Source: a virus
Lineage: Duplodnaviria > Heunggongvirae > Uroviricota > Caudoviricetes
Length of the DNA stretch: 35,158 nt
Virus record (IMG/VR): IMGVR_UViG_3300000176_000003
Coordinates: 64,001-99,158 of that record
Reading direction: 5' to 3' (one strand)
In this document: in pieces, positions 8,626-17,673 of the stretch
Layout of the letters: each line of letters begins with the position of its first letter
How positions within the stretch are numbered: the first letter of the stretch is position 1
Position numbers and translations under genes: made by a program
The notes under the pieces: model-generated
The model's input: only the letters and a program-made list of their open reading frames with translations
Databases searched by the model: none
Told to the model about the DNA's origin: nothing

Positions 8626-9313
8626 TACTGATCTTCAAGAAGTAGAAGACCCAAAGGCAAAATATTATGAGCCAAAACCAGAAGGCGAAAAGGCTTTCTG
8701 GAAGACTCATATTGTAAAGAAGCATCTACACCCTGTAGCTGATGATGCGCAATTTAATGGTTCTAATGTAGCCAAAGATAAGACAAGAAAAGCTGATAAG
8801 TCTGATCTTCCAGAAGAAAAAATGTCTTCTCCAGAAAAGAAGAAACGCGAAGAAGTTGTTAAGGCAATGAAGGATAAGACTGCTGAATTCAAAGCCAAGT
8901 ATGGTGATCGCTGGAAGGACGTTATGTATGCTACAGCAACCAAACAAGCTATGGGAGAAGAAGCACTAGATGAAGACTCTCAAGCCGCTTCTTCAGATAG
9001 CCCAAGTTCTGGTGGTGGTGGGCCAACAGCAGGTTCGATTGATCCAACATCACATATTCAACATGGCCAACCTGTTCCTATGGCTAAAGGCAATTCTATT
9101 AAGGAGATGTTAGAGAAGATCGCACTACAAGCTGCAGAACTTCATGATTCTCTTGGTGAAAATCCAGAATTACAAGATTGGGCTAAGCAAAAGCTTGGCG
9201 AAAGCAGAGAATGTCTACAATCTGTTTACAAGCATATTAAGTCTGGCTCAAAGAACAATGAAGGCCAAAAAGATCCAATGGCCGGTCATCCTGATGCTGG
9301 AGGAAAAGTATAA
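8612..9313 (+). CDS. Putative prohead core/internal head protein (modular)
   Basis: The probable start is ATG 8612 (MTQNN). It lies between the gp67-like gene and gp21 and has charged modules separated by ALDE-type linkers. Confidence 0.55.
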   Translation: MTQNNTDLQEVEDPKAKYYEPKPEGEKAFWKTHIVKKHLHPVADDAQFNGSNVAKDKTRKADKSDLPEEKMSSPEKKKREEVVKAMKDKTAEFKAKYGDRWKDVMYATATKQAMGEEALDEDSQAASSDSPSSGGGGPTAGSIDPTSHIQHGQPVPMAKGNSIKEMLEKIALQAAELHDSLGENPELQDWAKQKLGESRECLQSVYKHIKSGSKNNEGQKDPMAGHPDAGGKV

Positions 9314-9654
9314 TGGCAATTATTCAAAATAGATCATTAGGACATGCAGTAACTTTAGATGTAGCCAATAGTACATATAGCTGCAATTCATTTGCCGTTC
9401 CAAACAGTTCAGTAGAAACAGTAACTGGACTTGCTGTTACTAAAATTCTTTGGACTGGTCCTTGGACAATTTCAATTGGTTCAAATCTAATCTTTCAAAC
9501 TTCAAACAACGAAGGCGTTTGGGATTTAAATTCTATGGGCATTTCTCTTGGTGGGTATGCTGGCGCAAATCTTAATGTAAATACTACATCTACTACGGCA
9601 ACATTAATTCTAAATGTTGCTAAGCAATCATCCACTATTGCATCTACTTGGTAA
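9313..9654 (+). CDS. Hypothetical head-cluster protein
   Basis: 113-aa beta-rich ORF, coupled by TAATG, just upstream of gp21. Confidence 0.6.
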   Translation: MAIIQNRSLGHAVTLDVANSTYSCNSFAVPNSSVETVTGLAVTKILWTGPWTISIGSNLIFQTSNNEGVWDLNSMGISLGGYAGANLNVNTTSTTATLILNVAKQSSTIASTW

Positions 9655-9664
9655 GGATAAAACG

Positions 9665-10324
9665 ATGAAGCTTATTTGCGAAACATTAGAAGACGTTTCA
9701 ATCATCAAGGAAGCCAGAGAAGACGGCAAGAAGAATTTCTACATTGAGGGACCATTCCTAATGGGGGATATTCCAAATAGAAATGGTAGAATTTATGAAA
9801 GCCGAATTCTAGCTAAAGAAGTTGCAAGATATACTAAGAATTACATTAAGGAAAATAGAGCATATGGCGAACTAGGCCATCCTGCTGGTCCAACAATTAA
9901 TCTTGATCGTGTCTCACACATTATCACAAGCCTTCATCAAGAAGGTTCTAATTTCATCGGTAAAGCTAAGATTACAGAAACCCCAATGGGAGACATCGTA
10001 AAGGGTCTTCTAGAATCTGGGGGTAAACTTGGCGTTTCTTCTCGTGGTATGGGTACAGTAACTAGAAGAAAAGATGGTATCATGGAAGTTGGAGAAGACT
10101 TCATGTTAGCAACCGCTGCTGATATTGTCGCTGATCCATCAGCACATATTGCCTATGTTGAATCTGTTGTTGAAGGTCTAGACTGGGTCTATGACGCAGC
10201 ATCAGGAAACTGGAAAGCAATGAAAGAATTGGAAATTCAAAAAGAACATATCGCAAAGTCTTCAATGAAGAAAATTAATGAAGAAAAGATAAGACTTTTT
10301 GAGCGTTTCCTTCGTACACTATAA
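9665..10324 (+). CDS. gp21: Prohead protease
   Basis: The start is set at MKLICE (AAGGA RBS). Motifs NRNGRIY, GELGHP and LGVSSRGMG are present. Confidence 0.95.
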   Translation: MKLICETLEDVSIIKEAREDGKKNFYIEGPFLMGDIPNRNGRIYESRILAKEVARYTKNYIKENRAYGELGHPAGPTINLDRVSHIITSLHQEGSNFIGKAKITETPMGDIVKGLLESGGKLGVSSRGMGTVTRRKDGIMEVGEDFMLATAADIVADPSAHIAYVESVVEGLDWVYDAASGNWKAMKELEIQKEHIAKSSMKKINEEKIRLFERFLRTL

Positions 10325-10346
10325 TAAATCTTAAAAAAACAATTTA

Positions 10347-10354
10347 TATAAATA
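10347..10354 (+). promoter_or_regulatory. T4-type late promoter
   Basis: Exact TATAAATA upstream of gp22. Confidence 0.8.
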
Positions 10355-10385
10355 ATTAATAATCTTTCCAAAAGGAGTAGTTAAA

Positions 10386-11543
10386 ATGGCAGGTAAGAAA
10401 AATATTAGTGCGGAAACTCTAGATGAAGTGACTGCATCAGACGGCATCAGCCATACTGCTGATCCGTATGCATCTGGGGATTCATCACGTTCTGCTGACA
10501 AGAGTGCTGGAGAATCAAGCTATTCTTCTTCAACAAAGTCTGAAGTACTTAGCGCCATCATGAATCATATTGGTGGTTTAGATAAGGGCGCTCTAGGTAA
10601 CATTTATAAGGGTCTTCAAGGCGCTTCTGGTTCAGCTACTCGTGCAGCCGATAAGTCTGGTGGAGAAGGTTCACAATTGCGCATTTCAGTTTCAGACGCA
10701 GACCCAGTAACTGGCGCAAAACTAGCAAACGCTGGTGGTTCTGCTCCAACAACACATAATACAACAACCGGTAAGGGTGAAAGGGGGCAAATTCGCCTTT
10801 CACCAACTTCAGTAGTTGCTAAGGAAGACGTAGAAGAAATTTTTGGTGGTGATGAGCTATCAGAAGAACTAAAGGAAAAGGCAACTGTAGTATTCGAAGC
10901 GGCAATTAGTGCTCGCCTAGTTTCAGAAGTTGCTCGTCTAGAAGAAGAATTTGAAACACGTCTTGAAGAATCAGTAGAATCAATTCGTGGAGAAATTGTT
11001 GAAAATGTAGATAAGTATCTCTCTTATGCCGTTGAACAGTGGATTGAAGAGAACCAAGTAGCTATTGATACCGGATTAAAGAACGAAATGGCAGAAGAAT
11101 TTATGTCTGGCCTAAAGAGTCTATTTGAAGCAAATTATATCGACATCCCAGAAACTAAGGTCGATGTAGTTGCTGAAATGGTAGAAAAGATTGAAGAACT
11201 AGAGCTTCGTCTAAATGAAGAAATCGAAAAGAACATTTCTCTACAAGAAGAAACAGAAGTTCTTCAAGTAGAAGAAATTTTTTCAACAGCGGTAGAAGGA
11301 CTAGCAAAGACACAAGCTGAAAAGCTTCGTGATCTAGCAGAAGGTATTTCTTACCAAACTGTAGAAGAATTTGAAAAGAAAATCAATATCATTAAAGAAA
11401 CTTACTTCCCATCATCACAAAAGTCAACTTCAATTACTACACTAACAGAAGAAGTTGGATATGATGATGAAGAAGTATCAGATTCTGCAACCGGTCCAAT
11501 GGCTGCTTATATTCAAGCCGTATCTAGACAAGTCAAAAACTAA
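10386..11543 (+). CDS. gp22: Prohead scaffold protein
   Basis: Glu-rich coiled coil with KATVVFEAA, VDKYLSY.VEQW and M.AY at the C-terminus; lies between gp21 and gp23. Confidence 0.92.
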   Translation: MAGKKNISAETLDEVTASDGISHTADPYASGDSSRSADKSAGESSYSSSTKSEVLSAIMNHIGGLDKGALGNIYKGLQGASGSATRAADKSGGEGSQLRISVSDADPVTGAKLANAGGSAPTTHNTTTGKGERGQIRLSPTSVVAKEDVEEIFGGDELSEELKEKATVVFEAAISARLVSEVARLEEEFETRLEESVESIRGEIVENVDKYLSYAVEQWIEENQVAIDTGLKNEMAEEFMSGLKSLFEANYIDIPETKVDVVAEMVEKIEELELRLNEEIEKNISLQEETEVLQVEEIFSTAVEGLAKTQAEKLRDLAEGISYQTVEEFEKKINIIKETYFPSSQKSTSITTLTEEVGYDDEEVSDSATGPMAAYIQAVSRQVKN

Positions 11544-11548
11544 ATTTC

Positions 11549-11556
11549 TATAAATA
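11549..11556 (+). promoter_or_regulatory. T4-type late promoter
   Basis: Exact TATAAATA upstream of gp23. Confidence 0.8.
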
Positions 11557-11588
11557 TAATTGACCCAATAAGGAAAAGGGAGAGAAAA

Positions 11589-12938
11589 ATGTATCTAAAC
11601 GAGGAAATTCAAAAGAAGTGGAAGCCACTAATTGAGCACTCTGAGCTTGCTCCAATTACTGACTCACACAAGCGTTCTGTAACCGCTCAGCTTCTAGAAA
11701 ATACAGAAGCTGCTATGGCTCAAGAAGGCGGATCATCTTTCGGTTCACTACTTGAAACAACTGGTGGTTCTCCAACATCACTAACCGGCGGTTCAGCTAA
11801 CTACGATCCAGTACTTATCTCACTAGTACGTCGTGCTCTACCAAACCTAATCGCATATGACATCTGCGGCGTTCAGCCAATGACAGGTCCAACCGGCCTA
11901 ATCTTTGCTCTACGTCCACAGTATGACTCACAGTCAGGTGCAAACGCATTCTACTATGAAGCCAACACTGGACAATCAACATATGGCATGGGCGCTCTTA
12001 ATGGCTCACAAGCTGTTGGTAACACCGCTGGTAACTGGGGTGGTATCTATGCTGTTAACACTTCAACTGTTGTTTCAGGCAGCAATACTACATATAACTT
12101 CGCTGGTGGTGCTAACACAGCCGTTGCCGAAGCTCTAGGTACTTCTGGTGGTGCTAACCTTGACTTCAATCAAATGGCCTTCTCAATCGATAAGGTCACT
12201 GTTTCTGCCAAGTCACGCGCTCTAAAGGCTGAGTATTCAATCGAACTAGCACAAGACCTAAAGGCAATCCATGGTCTAGACGCCGAAACAGAACTTTCAA
12301 CAATTCTATCTGCTGAAATTCTGTCAGAAATCAACCGCGAAATTGTTCGTACAATCAACCTAACAGCTACAGCCGGTGCTGCTGATACTACATCAGCCGG
12401 TACTTTCGATCTAGACGTTGACTCAAACGGACGTTGGTCAGTTGAAAAGTTCAAGGGTCTAATGTTCCAAGTTGAACGCGAAGCTAACCTAATCGCCAAG
12501 AATACACGTCGTGGTAAGGGTAATATCCTAATCTGTTCTTCAGATGTGGCTTCTGCTCTACAAATGGCTGGCGTTCTAGATTACGCTCCTGCTCTAAACT
12601 CAAACAACCTACAAGTTGATGACACTGGCAATACCTTCGCCGGTATTCTAAACGGACGCATTCGCGTTTATGTTGACCCATATGCTGGTGGTCATTATAT
12701 GACTGTTGGTTATAAGGGTGCATCAGCATTCGACGCAGGTCTATTCTACTGCCCATACGTTCCACTACAAATGGTTCGTGCAGTTGGACAAGACTCATTC
12801 CAACCAAAGATTGGGTTCAAGACTCGTTACGGAGTTGTTGCTAACCCATTCTCACGTGGTGCAAACGGTTCAGACGGTACACTAGTACAAAATGTAAACG
12901 TTTATTACCGCCGCGTGTTGGTAAATAATATCCTATAA
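11589..12938 (+). CDS. gp23: Major capsid protein
   Basis: GVQPMTGPTGLIFA, SRALKAEYSIELAQDLKAIHGLDAE, FYCPYVPL and FQPKIGFKTRYG motifs. Confidence 0.98.
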   Translation: MYLNEEIQKKWKPLIEHSELAPITDSHKRSVTAQLLENTEAAMAQEGGSSFGSLLETTGGSPTSLTGGSANYDPVLISLVRRALPNLIAYDICGVQPMTGPTGLIFALRPQYDSQSGANAFYYEANTGQSTYGMGALNGSQAVGNTAGNWGGIYAVNTSTVVSGSNTTYNFAGGANTAVAEALGTSGGANLDFNQMAFSIDKVTVSAKSRALKAEYSIELAQDLKAIHGLDAETELSTILSAEILSEINREIVRTINLTATAGAADTTSAGTFDLDVDSNGRWSVEKFKGLMFQVEREANLIAKNTRRGKGNILICSSDVASALQMAGVLDYAPALNSNNLQVDDTGNTFAGILNGRIRVYVDPYAGGHYMTVGYKGASAFDAGLFYCPYVPLQMVRAVGQDSFQPKIGFKTRYGVVANPFSRGANGSDGTLVQNVNVYYRRVLVNNIL

Positions 12939-12961
12939 AATATATACTTTTATAACTTTTA

Positions 12962-12969
12962 TATAAATA
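12962..12969 (+). promoter_or_regulatory. TATAAATA late-promoter motif directly before the gp23 terminator
   Basis: Exact motif, but no + strand gene follows it. Confidence 0.45.
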
Positions 12970-12970
12970 G

Positions 12971-13000
12971 GGGTGGTAGGGAAACTTACCACCCTTTTTT
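12971..13000 (+). terminator. Rho-independent terminator after gp23
   Basis: GGGTGGTAGG-GAAA-CTTACCACCC forms a 10-bp stem (one G-U), followed by T6. Confidence 0.85.
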
Positions 13001-13050
13001 ATGGAGAATTATATATCTAAAATTAGAGCAACAAGCTGAATATAATATAG

Positions 13051-14445
13051 CTATTCTAACACAAATGTTATTGTACCACAATTCCATATTTTTCCGATAT
13101 TCAACAATTTTGTTATTTGTTTCTCTGACATATTCTGATCAAAGTCTTTTAGTTTGGATTTTGTAAATTGTGTTCTAGGTACTCGTTTTGAATAATGGTC
13201 AATTACATACCAATATGATGGTGGGTTTTCGTGTGATTTTTTGAACCCATTCTTTATATAAACATTTCCATCAGAATAGCTTCTATCGGCATATGACACA
13301 ATGCTTCCTGAAAAGCTTTTTCTAAAATAAGATAAAAGTTTAGAAAAACCTCCAACGACATTAGTATTTAAAATAGTACAATATCTAACCAATTCCCAAT
13401 CATATTTTTTGTTGAATCTTGGCTTATTAAATGTCATTACTGCAACCAGAGAACCTTGATTATATAAGCCGAGATTAACAGAAGATTTTGAGTAGGACTG
13501 AATGTGGTTTTTATTTGCAAAGTCTTTGGCTATATGTGGAATTATCTCTTTAATTTCACACTTCCTCGCAAAGATCTTTTCTTTTGTCCCCTGTAGTTTG
13601 TTGGAAATCATAGACTTAATTTTATCTTTCTGAAATTTCCAATCATCTTCCCACACATGAAGAAGAAAGATACCTCTGTCAGCACACAAGTTAGTCTTAT
13701 TAAAGTGTAGTAGTTTTTCTTTAAATTCTTCGGTATGATAATATAACCCATTATATTCAATTGCAAACTTTAGTTCAGGAATTAATATATCTAATTCTTT
13801 ACCAATATATCCCACACCATTAGAGACAATATTCAAGTCTGGTCTGATACTTTTCACATAATCTAATACTTCAAGTTCTCCTATAGAAATTTTCTTATGA
13901 TTTCGTTCATATGAATTAGGATTTCTTGTTATAATACCATGTTTTTGCATAAATTTAGATACAGTAGCCTTTGATGTTCCAAGAAGGTCTGCAATTTCTT
14001 GAAGTTTGTTTCCTTTGTCATATATGTCTTGAATATATTCTTTATTTCCTAAAAGCATCTTGGTAGTGTGTTCAGATTCATTTAACCTGATATGAGGAAT
14101 ATTGTGATACTTTATCCACTTAGTTACGGGCGCTATAGATATCCCAAGACTTTCTGCAATATTTTCAATTGATTTTCTTTGGATAATTCTTTGATCAAAT
14201 AACCAATTTTTATCCGACAGTTTCAACAAACTATTTTCAGAAATTCTAGACTTTGCATTTTTCTTGTTGGCTTGTTGAGAAGCTTCCTTATGGCTCTTTC
14301 TTTCAATGCCATAATCAATCAACCATTTTCGCACAGTTGGGTTGGAAGTACAATAGATTCTAGCCAATTCGGAAATAGATACCCCAGATTGGTTATATTG
14401 TTCTTGCAATTCTTCTTTATTTGGTGTTTCTTTTTTATGGCTCAT
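13051..14445 (-). CDS. Hef-like free-standing homing endonuclease (3 HTH repeats + PD-(D/E)XK nuclease + GNAT-like C-terminal domain)
   Basis: ELDILIPELKFAIEYNGLYYH...LLHVWEDDW nuclease motifs and FARKCEIKEI...WELVRYC...GGFSKLL...SYADRSYS C-domain. AT-rich and inserted after gp23. Confidence 0.8.
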   Translation of the reverse strand: MSHKKETPNKEELQEQYNQSGVSISELARIYCTSNPTVRKWLIDYGIERKSHKEASQQANKKNAKSRISENSLLKLSDKNWLFDQRIIQRKSIENIAESLGISIAPVTKWIKYHNIPHIRLNESEHTTKMLLGNKEYIQDIYDKGNKLQEIADLLGTSKATVSKFMQKHGIITRNPNSYERNHKKISIGELEVLDYVKSIRPDLNIVSNGVGYIGKELDILIPELKFAIEYNGLYYHTEEFKEKLLHFNKTNLCADRGIFLLHVWEDDWKFQKDKIKSMISNKLQGTKEKIFARKCEIKEIIPHIAKDFANKNHIQSYSKSSVNLGLYNQGSLVAVMTFNKPRFNKKYDWELVRYCTILNTNVVGGFSKLLSYFRKSFSGSIVSYADRSYSDGNVYIKNGFKKSHENPPSYWYVIDHYSKRVPRTQFTKSKLKDFDQNMSEKQITKLLNIGKIWNCGTITFVLE

Positions 14446-14525
14446 GCGATTTTATGTCTAAGTTTAATAAATACTAAATAGAATATAACTACAATCAAGA
14501 TAAATAAAAATATCTAGATTAACTT

Positions 14526-14554
14526 GGGGAAGGCTTCGGCCTTCCCCTTTTTTT
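14526..14554 (+). terminator. Rho-independent terminator (+ orientation)
   Basis: GGGGAAGGC-TTCG-GCCTTCCCC followed by T7. Confidence 0.85.
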
Positions 14555-14556
14555 GT

Positions 14557-15078
14557 TTAATCGTGGTCGTATTCGTTTACGTAATTCTCATCCTTAGTTA
14601 GAATAACTTGAACGTGATTACCAAAAACTTGTTCAAGAATTTCTGGATTTTTCTGGATGACAGTCTTAAAGGCTTCACATTTTTCTGTTACACCAGGATA
14701 CTTTTCCTGGGTTGCTAGGTATTCCGCATATTTTTCTGGATTATGCTTTTCGTAATATTCCTTAGTCCAAGAACCCCAAAGTTCTGCCTTAACATATAGA
14801 TCATCATCTTCATATTCATAAACATCCAGAACATCTTCAGGCTCAAACCCCTCTAGAATAAAGATAGGTTCATTTACGCTAAAGACACAGTCATCACCAT
14901 CATTAAAATAAGGTGTATATTGGGTCCAAGCTACAGCCTGTACAGGAACTTCTTCAAAGAATGCCTTAGTAATATTCTTAAATTCTGACTGAAGCTTTTC
15001 TTGATATGACTTACGCATAATTTCAAGCTCAGCATTCATATCATTAATCTTATTAGTAATATCTGTAAAGTTTATCAT
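14557..15078 (-). CDS. Conserved phage hypothetical protein
   Basis: The start is set at ATG 15078 after AGGAG. It has a WTQYTPYFNDGD.CVF motif. Confidence 0.7.
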   Translation of the reverse strand: MINFTDITNKINDMNAELEIMRKSYQEKLQSEFKNITKAFFEEVPVQAVAWTQYTPYFNDGDDCVFSVNEPIFILEGFEPEDVLDVYEYEDDDLYVKAELWGSWTKEYYEKHNPEKYAEYLATQEKYPGVTEKCEAFKTVIQKNPEILEQVFGNHVQVILTKDENYVNEYDHD

Positions 15079-15088
15079 AATATATCTC

Positions 15089-15436
15089 CTAATCAATGTT
15101 TTCAGATTTAGTTCGTTTGTGGGTTCCGCTCATCCAAGGTTCAAGCGGCAAATCTCTAAGCCAACGCTCCACGGTTGGAATAAAACCTAGATCATCTTGA
15201 ATATGTTCTTCCGCTACATCGCGTACAGAAACATCTTTTCCTTGGGTGTTGGTAATATAAACACCAAATACTTGTTCAGCTAAATAACACCCTAAGCTAG
15301 AATGAAGAATTGCTCTATGTCTAACATCAGGCATCGCAACTTTAGACTGATCAATAAAGTTGTGGATTGGTAGATAATCCTCTGGAATTCCACCATGACG
15401 CTTGGCAGAAATCTTAGCATGGATCAGGGGTTTCAT
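15089..15436 (-). CDS. Conserved phage hypothetical protein, His-rich (DUF6915-like by recollection)
   Basis: HAKISAKRHGG.PEDY..IH.FID...RHRAILHS...AEEHIQDDLG motif. Confidence 0.65.
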   Translation of the reverse strand: MKPLIHAKISAKRHGGIPEDYLPIHNFIDQSKVAMPDVRHRAILHSSLGCYLAEQVFGVYITNTQGKDVSVRDVAEEHIQDDLGFIPTVERWLRDLPLEPWMSGTHKRTKSENID

Positions 15437-15637
15437 TTAAAAATCATCCTTAACATAAATTTCAACACTAGTATCAGGCTCAATGTTATTCATGATATTA
15501 TGAAGAAGCCATTCACGACAAATCTTCATATGATCATCTCTTTGCCAAACAATTTTATCATGAGATAGTTCAACACAATCATTAGCGATAAAATAAATTA
15601 ACTGTTCAGCAGTAAGATCATTTGTATATTTGCTCAC
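15437..15637 (-). CDS. Hypothetical protein
   Basis: 66-aa ORF tightly packed in the operon. Confidence 0.55.
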   Translation of the reverse strand: MSKYTNDLTAEQLIYFIANDCVELSHDKIVWQRDDHMKICREWLLHNIMNNIEPDTSVEIYVKDDF

Positions 15638-16194
15638 GAAATAGCCTTCCTCAAATCATCGATAGAAATTGGTGTATAATTGATCTGTTCTACAGATACA
15701 TTAAAATATCGTGGATCATTATCATACATGGTCATATAGCATCCACCCGGCATATACACTTCTCTTTCAATTGTAATACGATTTGCGTGTAGATGTCCAT
15801 GAACATTTACCTTAAATCGGTCAGAAACACAATCTGGATGAAGAGGCATATGAGTTAGAATGAATTGATCGACAAATACGCGATATGCTGAGACTTCATA
15901 GAAATACTTTAGATATTCCTTTGAACCAAAAATATCATGATTGCCCATAATCAGACGTTTCTCACCATTTAGACGAGACATAATAGGAAGAGACTTCTTA
16001 TTAATTACGACATCGCCAAGATGGTATACCTTATCATTCTTCTTGACTACTGAATTCCAGCGGTCAACCATAGCTTCATCCATTTCTTCGGCATTAGCAA
16101 AAGGACGTAGTGGAGTACCATCTTCTCGCTTGAATACCGTGCAGCACTTATCATGCCCAAAATGGGTGTCAGAAATAAAAAAAGTATTTGACAT
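15634..16194 (-). CDS. Calcineurin-like metallophosphoesterase
   Basis: SDTHFGH, LGDV, GNHD, THMP and HGHLH motifs. Confidence 0.92.
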   Translation of the reverse strand: MSNTFFISDTHFGHDKCCTVFKREDGTPLRPFANAEEMDEAMVDRWNSVVKKNDKVYHLGDVVINKKSLPIMSRLNGEKRLIMGNHDIFGSKEYLKYFYEVSAYRVFVDQFILTHMPLHPDCVSDRFKVNVHGHLHANRITIEREVYMPGGCYMTMYDNDPRYFNVSVEQINYTPISIDDLRKAIS

Positions 16195-16198
16195 TAAA

Positions 16199-16453
16199 TT
16201 AATCTTTATATTTTAGGGTTAACCGCTTAATTGTACGTTGTGGGATAATTTCTTCAAGTTCTACAATTTCTAGATTATCATCAATATATTCGATAATAGA
16301 ATCAAGTTCTGTATCAATAGCTAAAATAAATTCTGCACCCATCATGTATGTAAACGAAGATATATTAATCAAACTCTGAAGATATTCTCCCCATTCATCA
16401 TTTGATATATCTACATATTCCTGTATCTTTCGAAGTTTTTCAATCATGTCCAT
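16199..16453 (-). CDS. Hypothetical protein
   Basis: 84-aa ORF in the operon. Confidence 0.55.
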   Translation of the reverse strand: MDMIEKLRKIQEYVDISNDEWGEYLQSLINISSFTYMMGAEFILAIDTELDSIIEYIDDNLEIVELEEIIPQRTIKRLTLKYKD

Positions 16454-16866
16454 AGCGATCTATAATATTTGCCAAAAAGCCTTAGTCCATTATCAATTTT
16501 AGCAGAATGAGCCTCATAAGCTTCTTGATCAAACCCATTACTAAAATATTGATGTTCCCATTCAGCATCAACAATTTCACCAAATGCCCATGTCATTTCA
16601 GCCAAAACCCATTTCCAACGAGAATGCCAATTTGAATCTATAGCCCAATCGAATTCTTTAGGTTCAGAATTGGTAGAACGGAGTTCTACTGGAACATCCT
16701 CATCATCAACTGCAGGTGAACCATGCTTAGCATTTACCATCTTTTGTAGAAGGGGGTGAATAATTAGAGCTAGTGTATGGTCAGCATTCCATAAATCTTG
16801 ATCATCAATTTGAACATCGACTCTACGTCCAGCATTCTTTTGATATTTACCAATCTTAACTTTCAT
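16444..16866 (-). CDS. Conserved phage hypothetical protein
   Basis: DLWNADHTLALIIHPLL...GLRLFGKYYRSLW motifs. Confidence 0.65.
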   Translation of the reverse strand: MKVKIGKYQKNAGRRVDVQIDDQDLWNADHTLALIIHPLLQKMVNAKHGSPAVDDEDVPVELRSTNSEPKEFDWAIDSNWHSRWKWVLAEMTWAFGEIVDAEWEHQYFSNGFDQEAYEAHSAKIDNGLRLFGKYYRSLWT

Positions 16867-16877
16867 AACAAAATCTC

Positions 16878-17294
16878 CTAGTTCAATTCCAATATAATAC
16901 CAGCTTCATTAAACATGTCAAGAGTGATATTCCAATTAAATGTATCTACACGGTCTGGTCTATAGGTTACTACCCTAGATATTCCATTTTGGATGATTGA
17001 CATCGCACATTGGTTGCACGGAAGTAGAGGGACATACAGCGTACATCCTTCAACCGAATGCGGGGCATTATCTAGCGCATTTCTTTCAGCATGACAAACG
17101 AATAAATGTTTTGTTGGTCTATCTTCATACCGACTCTCTAGGTCTTGAACACCGCGAGGGAATCCGTTATATCCCATAGAAACAACGCGCTTTTTGTTAT
17201 CAACAATTACAGCACCAACTTTCGTCCGTGGATCATAAGACCACTGACTAATGTGTTCGGCTAGATCAAGAAACCGCTTATCCCACTTATTCAT
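16878..17294 (-). CDS. cd: dCMP deaminase
   Basis: KVGAVIV, GYNGFP, HAERNA and PC.QC zinc-binding motifs. Confidence 0.92.
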   Translation of the reverse strand: MNKWDKRFLDLAEHISQWSYDPRTKVGAVIVDNKKRVVSMGYNGFPRGVQDLESRYEDRPTKHLFVCHAERNALDNAPHSVEGCTLYVPLLPCNQCAMSIIQNGISRVVTYRPDRVDTFNWNITLDMFNEAGIILELN

Positions 17295-17295
17295 A

Positions 17296-17658
17296 TCAGC
17301 CTTCTAGAATCTTTCGTTCTAGTTCTAAATCACGATTTTCTGCTAGTTCGTTGGTAAACTTTTCTGGATACCTAGCACGCAGTTTTGCATTGTTCTTAGC
17401 CAAAACGCTCTCAAGAGAGATTCCCCTGTGATGTAGGTAGATACCAACATACCACATAACGTCACCAATTTCTTCATCTAGATTAACCAGATCAAGAGGC
17501 TTTCCATAAAACATATTCTTCTTAATAGGATCAAGAAGTTCGCCTGCCTCTGTAGAAATGCCGATTACGGCATGAACAATGTCTACAATACTAGGATCAA
17601 CGAAATAATTTTCAGTCTTGGTGCGTTGGGTATCTAGGATATAGTCACTTGGATTCAT
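17296..17658 (-). CDS. MazG-like nucleotide pyrophosphohydrolase
   Basis: EAGELLD...EEIGDVMWY...N.AKL.ARYP motifs. Confidence 0.88.
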   Translation of the reverse strand: MNPSDYILDTQRTKTENYFVDPSIVDIVHAVIGISTEAGELLDPIKKNMFYGKPLDLVNLDEEIGDVMWYVGIYLHHRGISLESVLAKNNAKLRARYPEKFTNELAENRDLELERKILEG

Positions 17659-17673
17659 TATATATGTCCTTTA

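Noticed and set aside
11905-12807. Alternative-frame and antisense ORFs over gp23 (11905..12138, 12170..12499, 12484..12807), and similar ones over gp19, gp20, nrdB and the AT-rich nucleases
   Set aside because: These are shadow ORFs expected from codon bias of strongly conserved genes, with no RBS or motif support. Only the Rz1-like embedded ORF has independent signals.
14272-14481. + strand 69-aa ORF as the target of the 12962 late promoter
   Set aside because: It lies 1.3 kb from the promoter, is antisense to the nuclease, has no RBS, and has a Phe-rich composition typical of reverse-complemented Lys codons.
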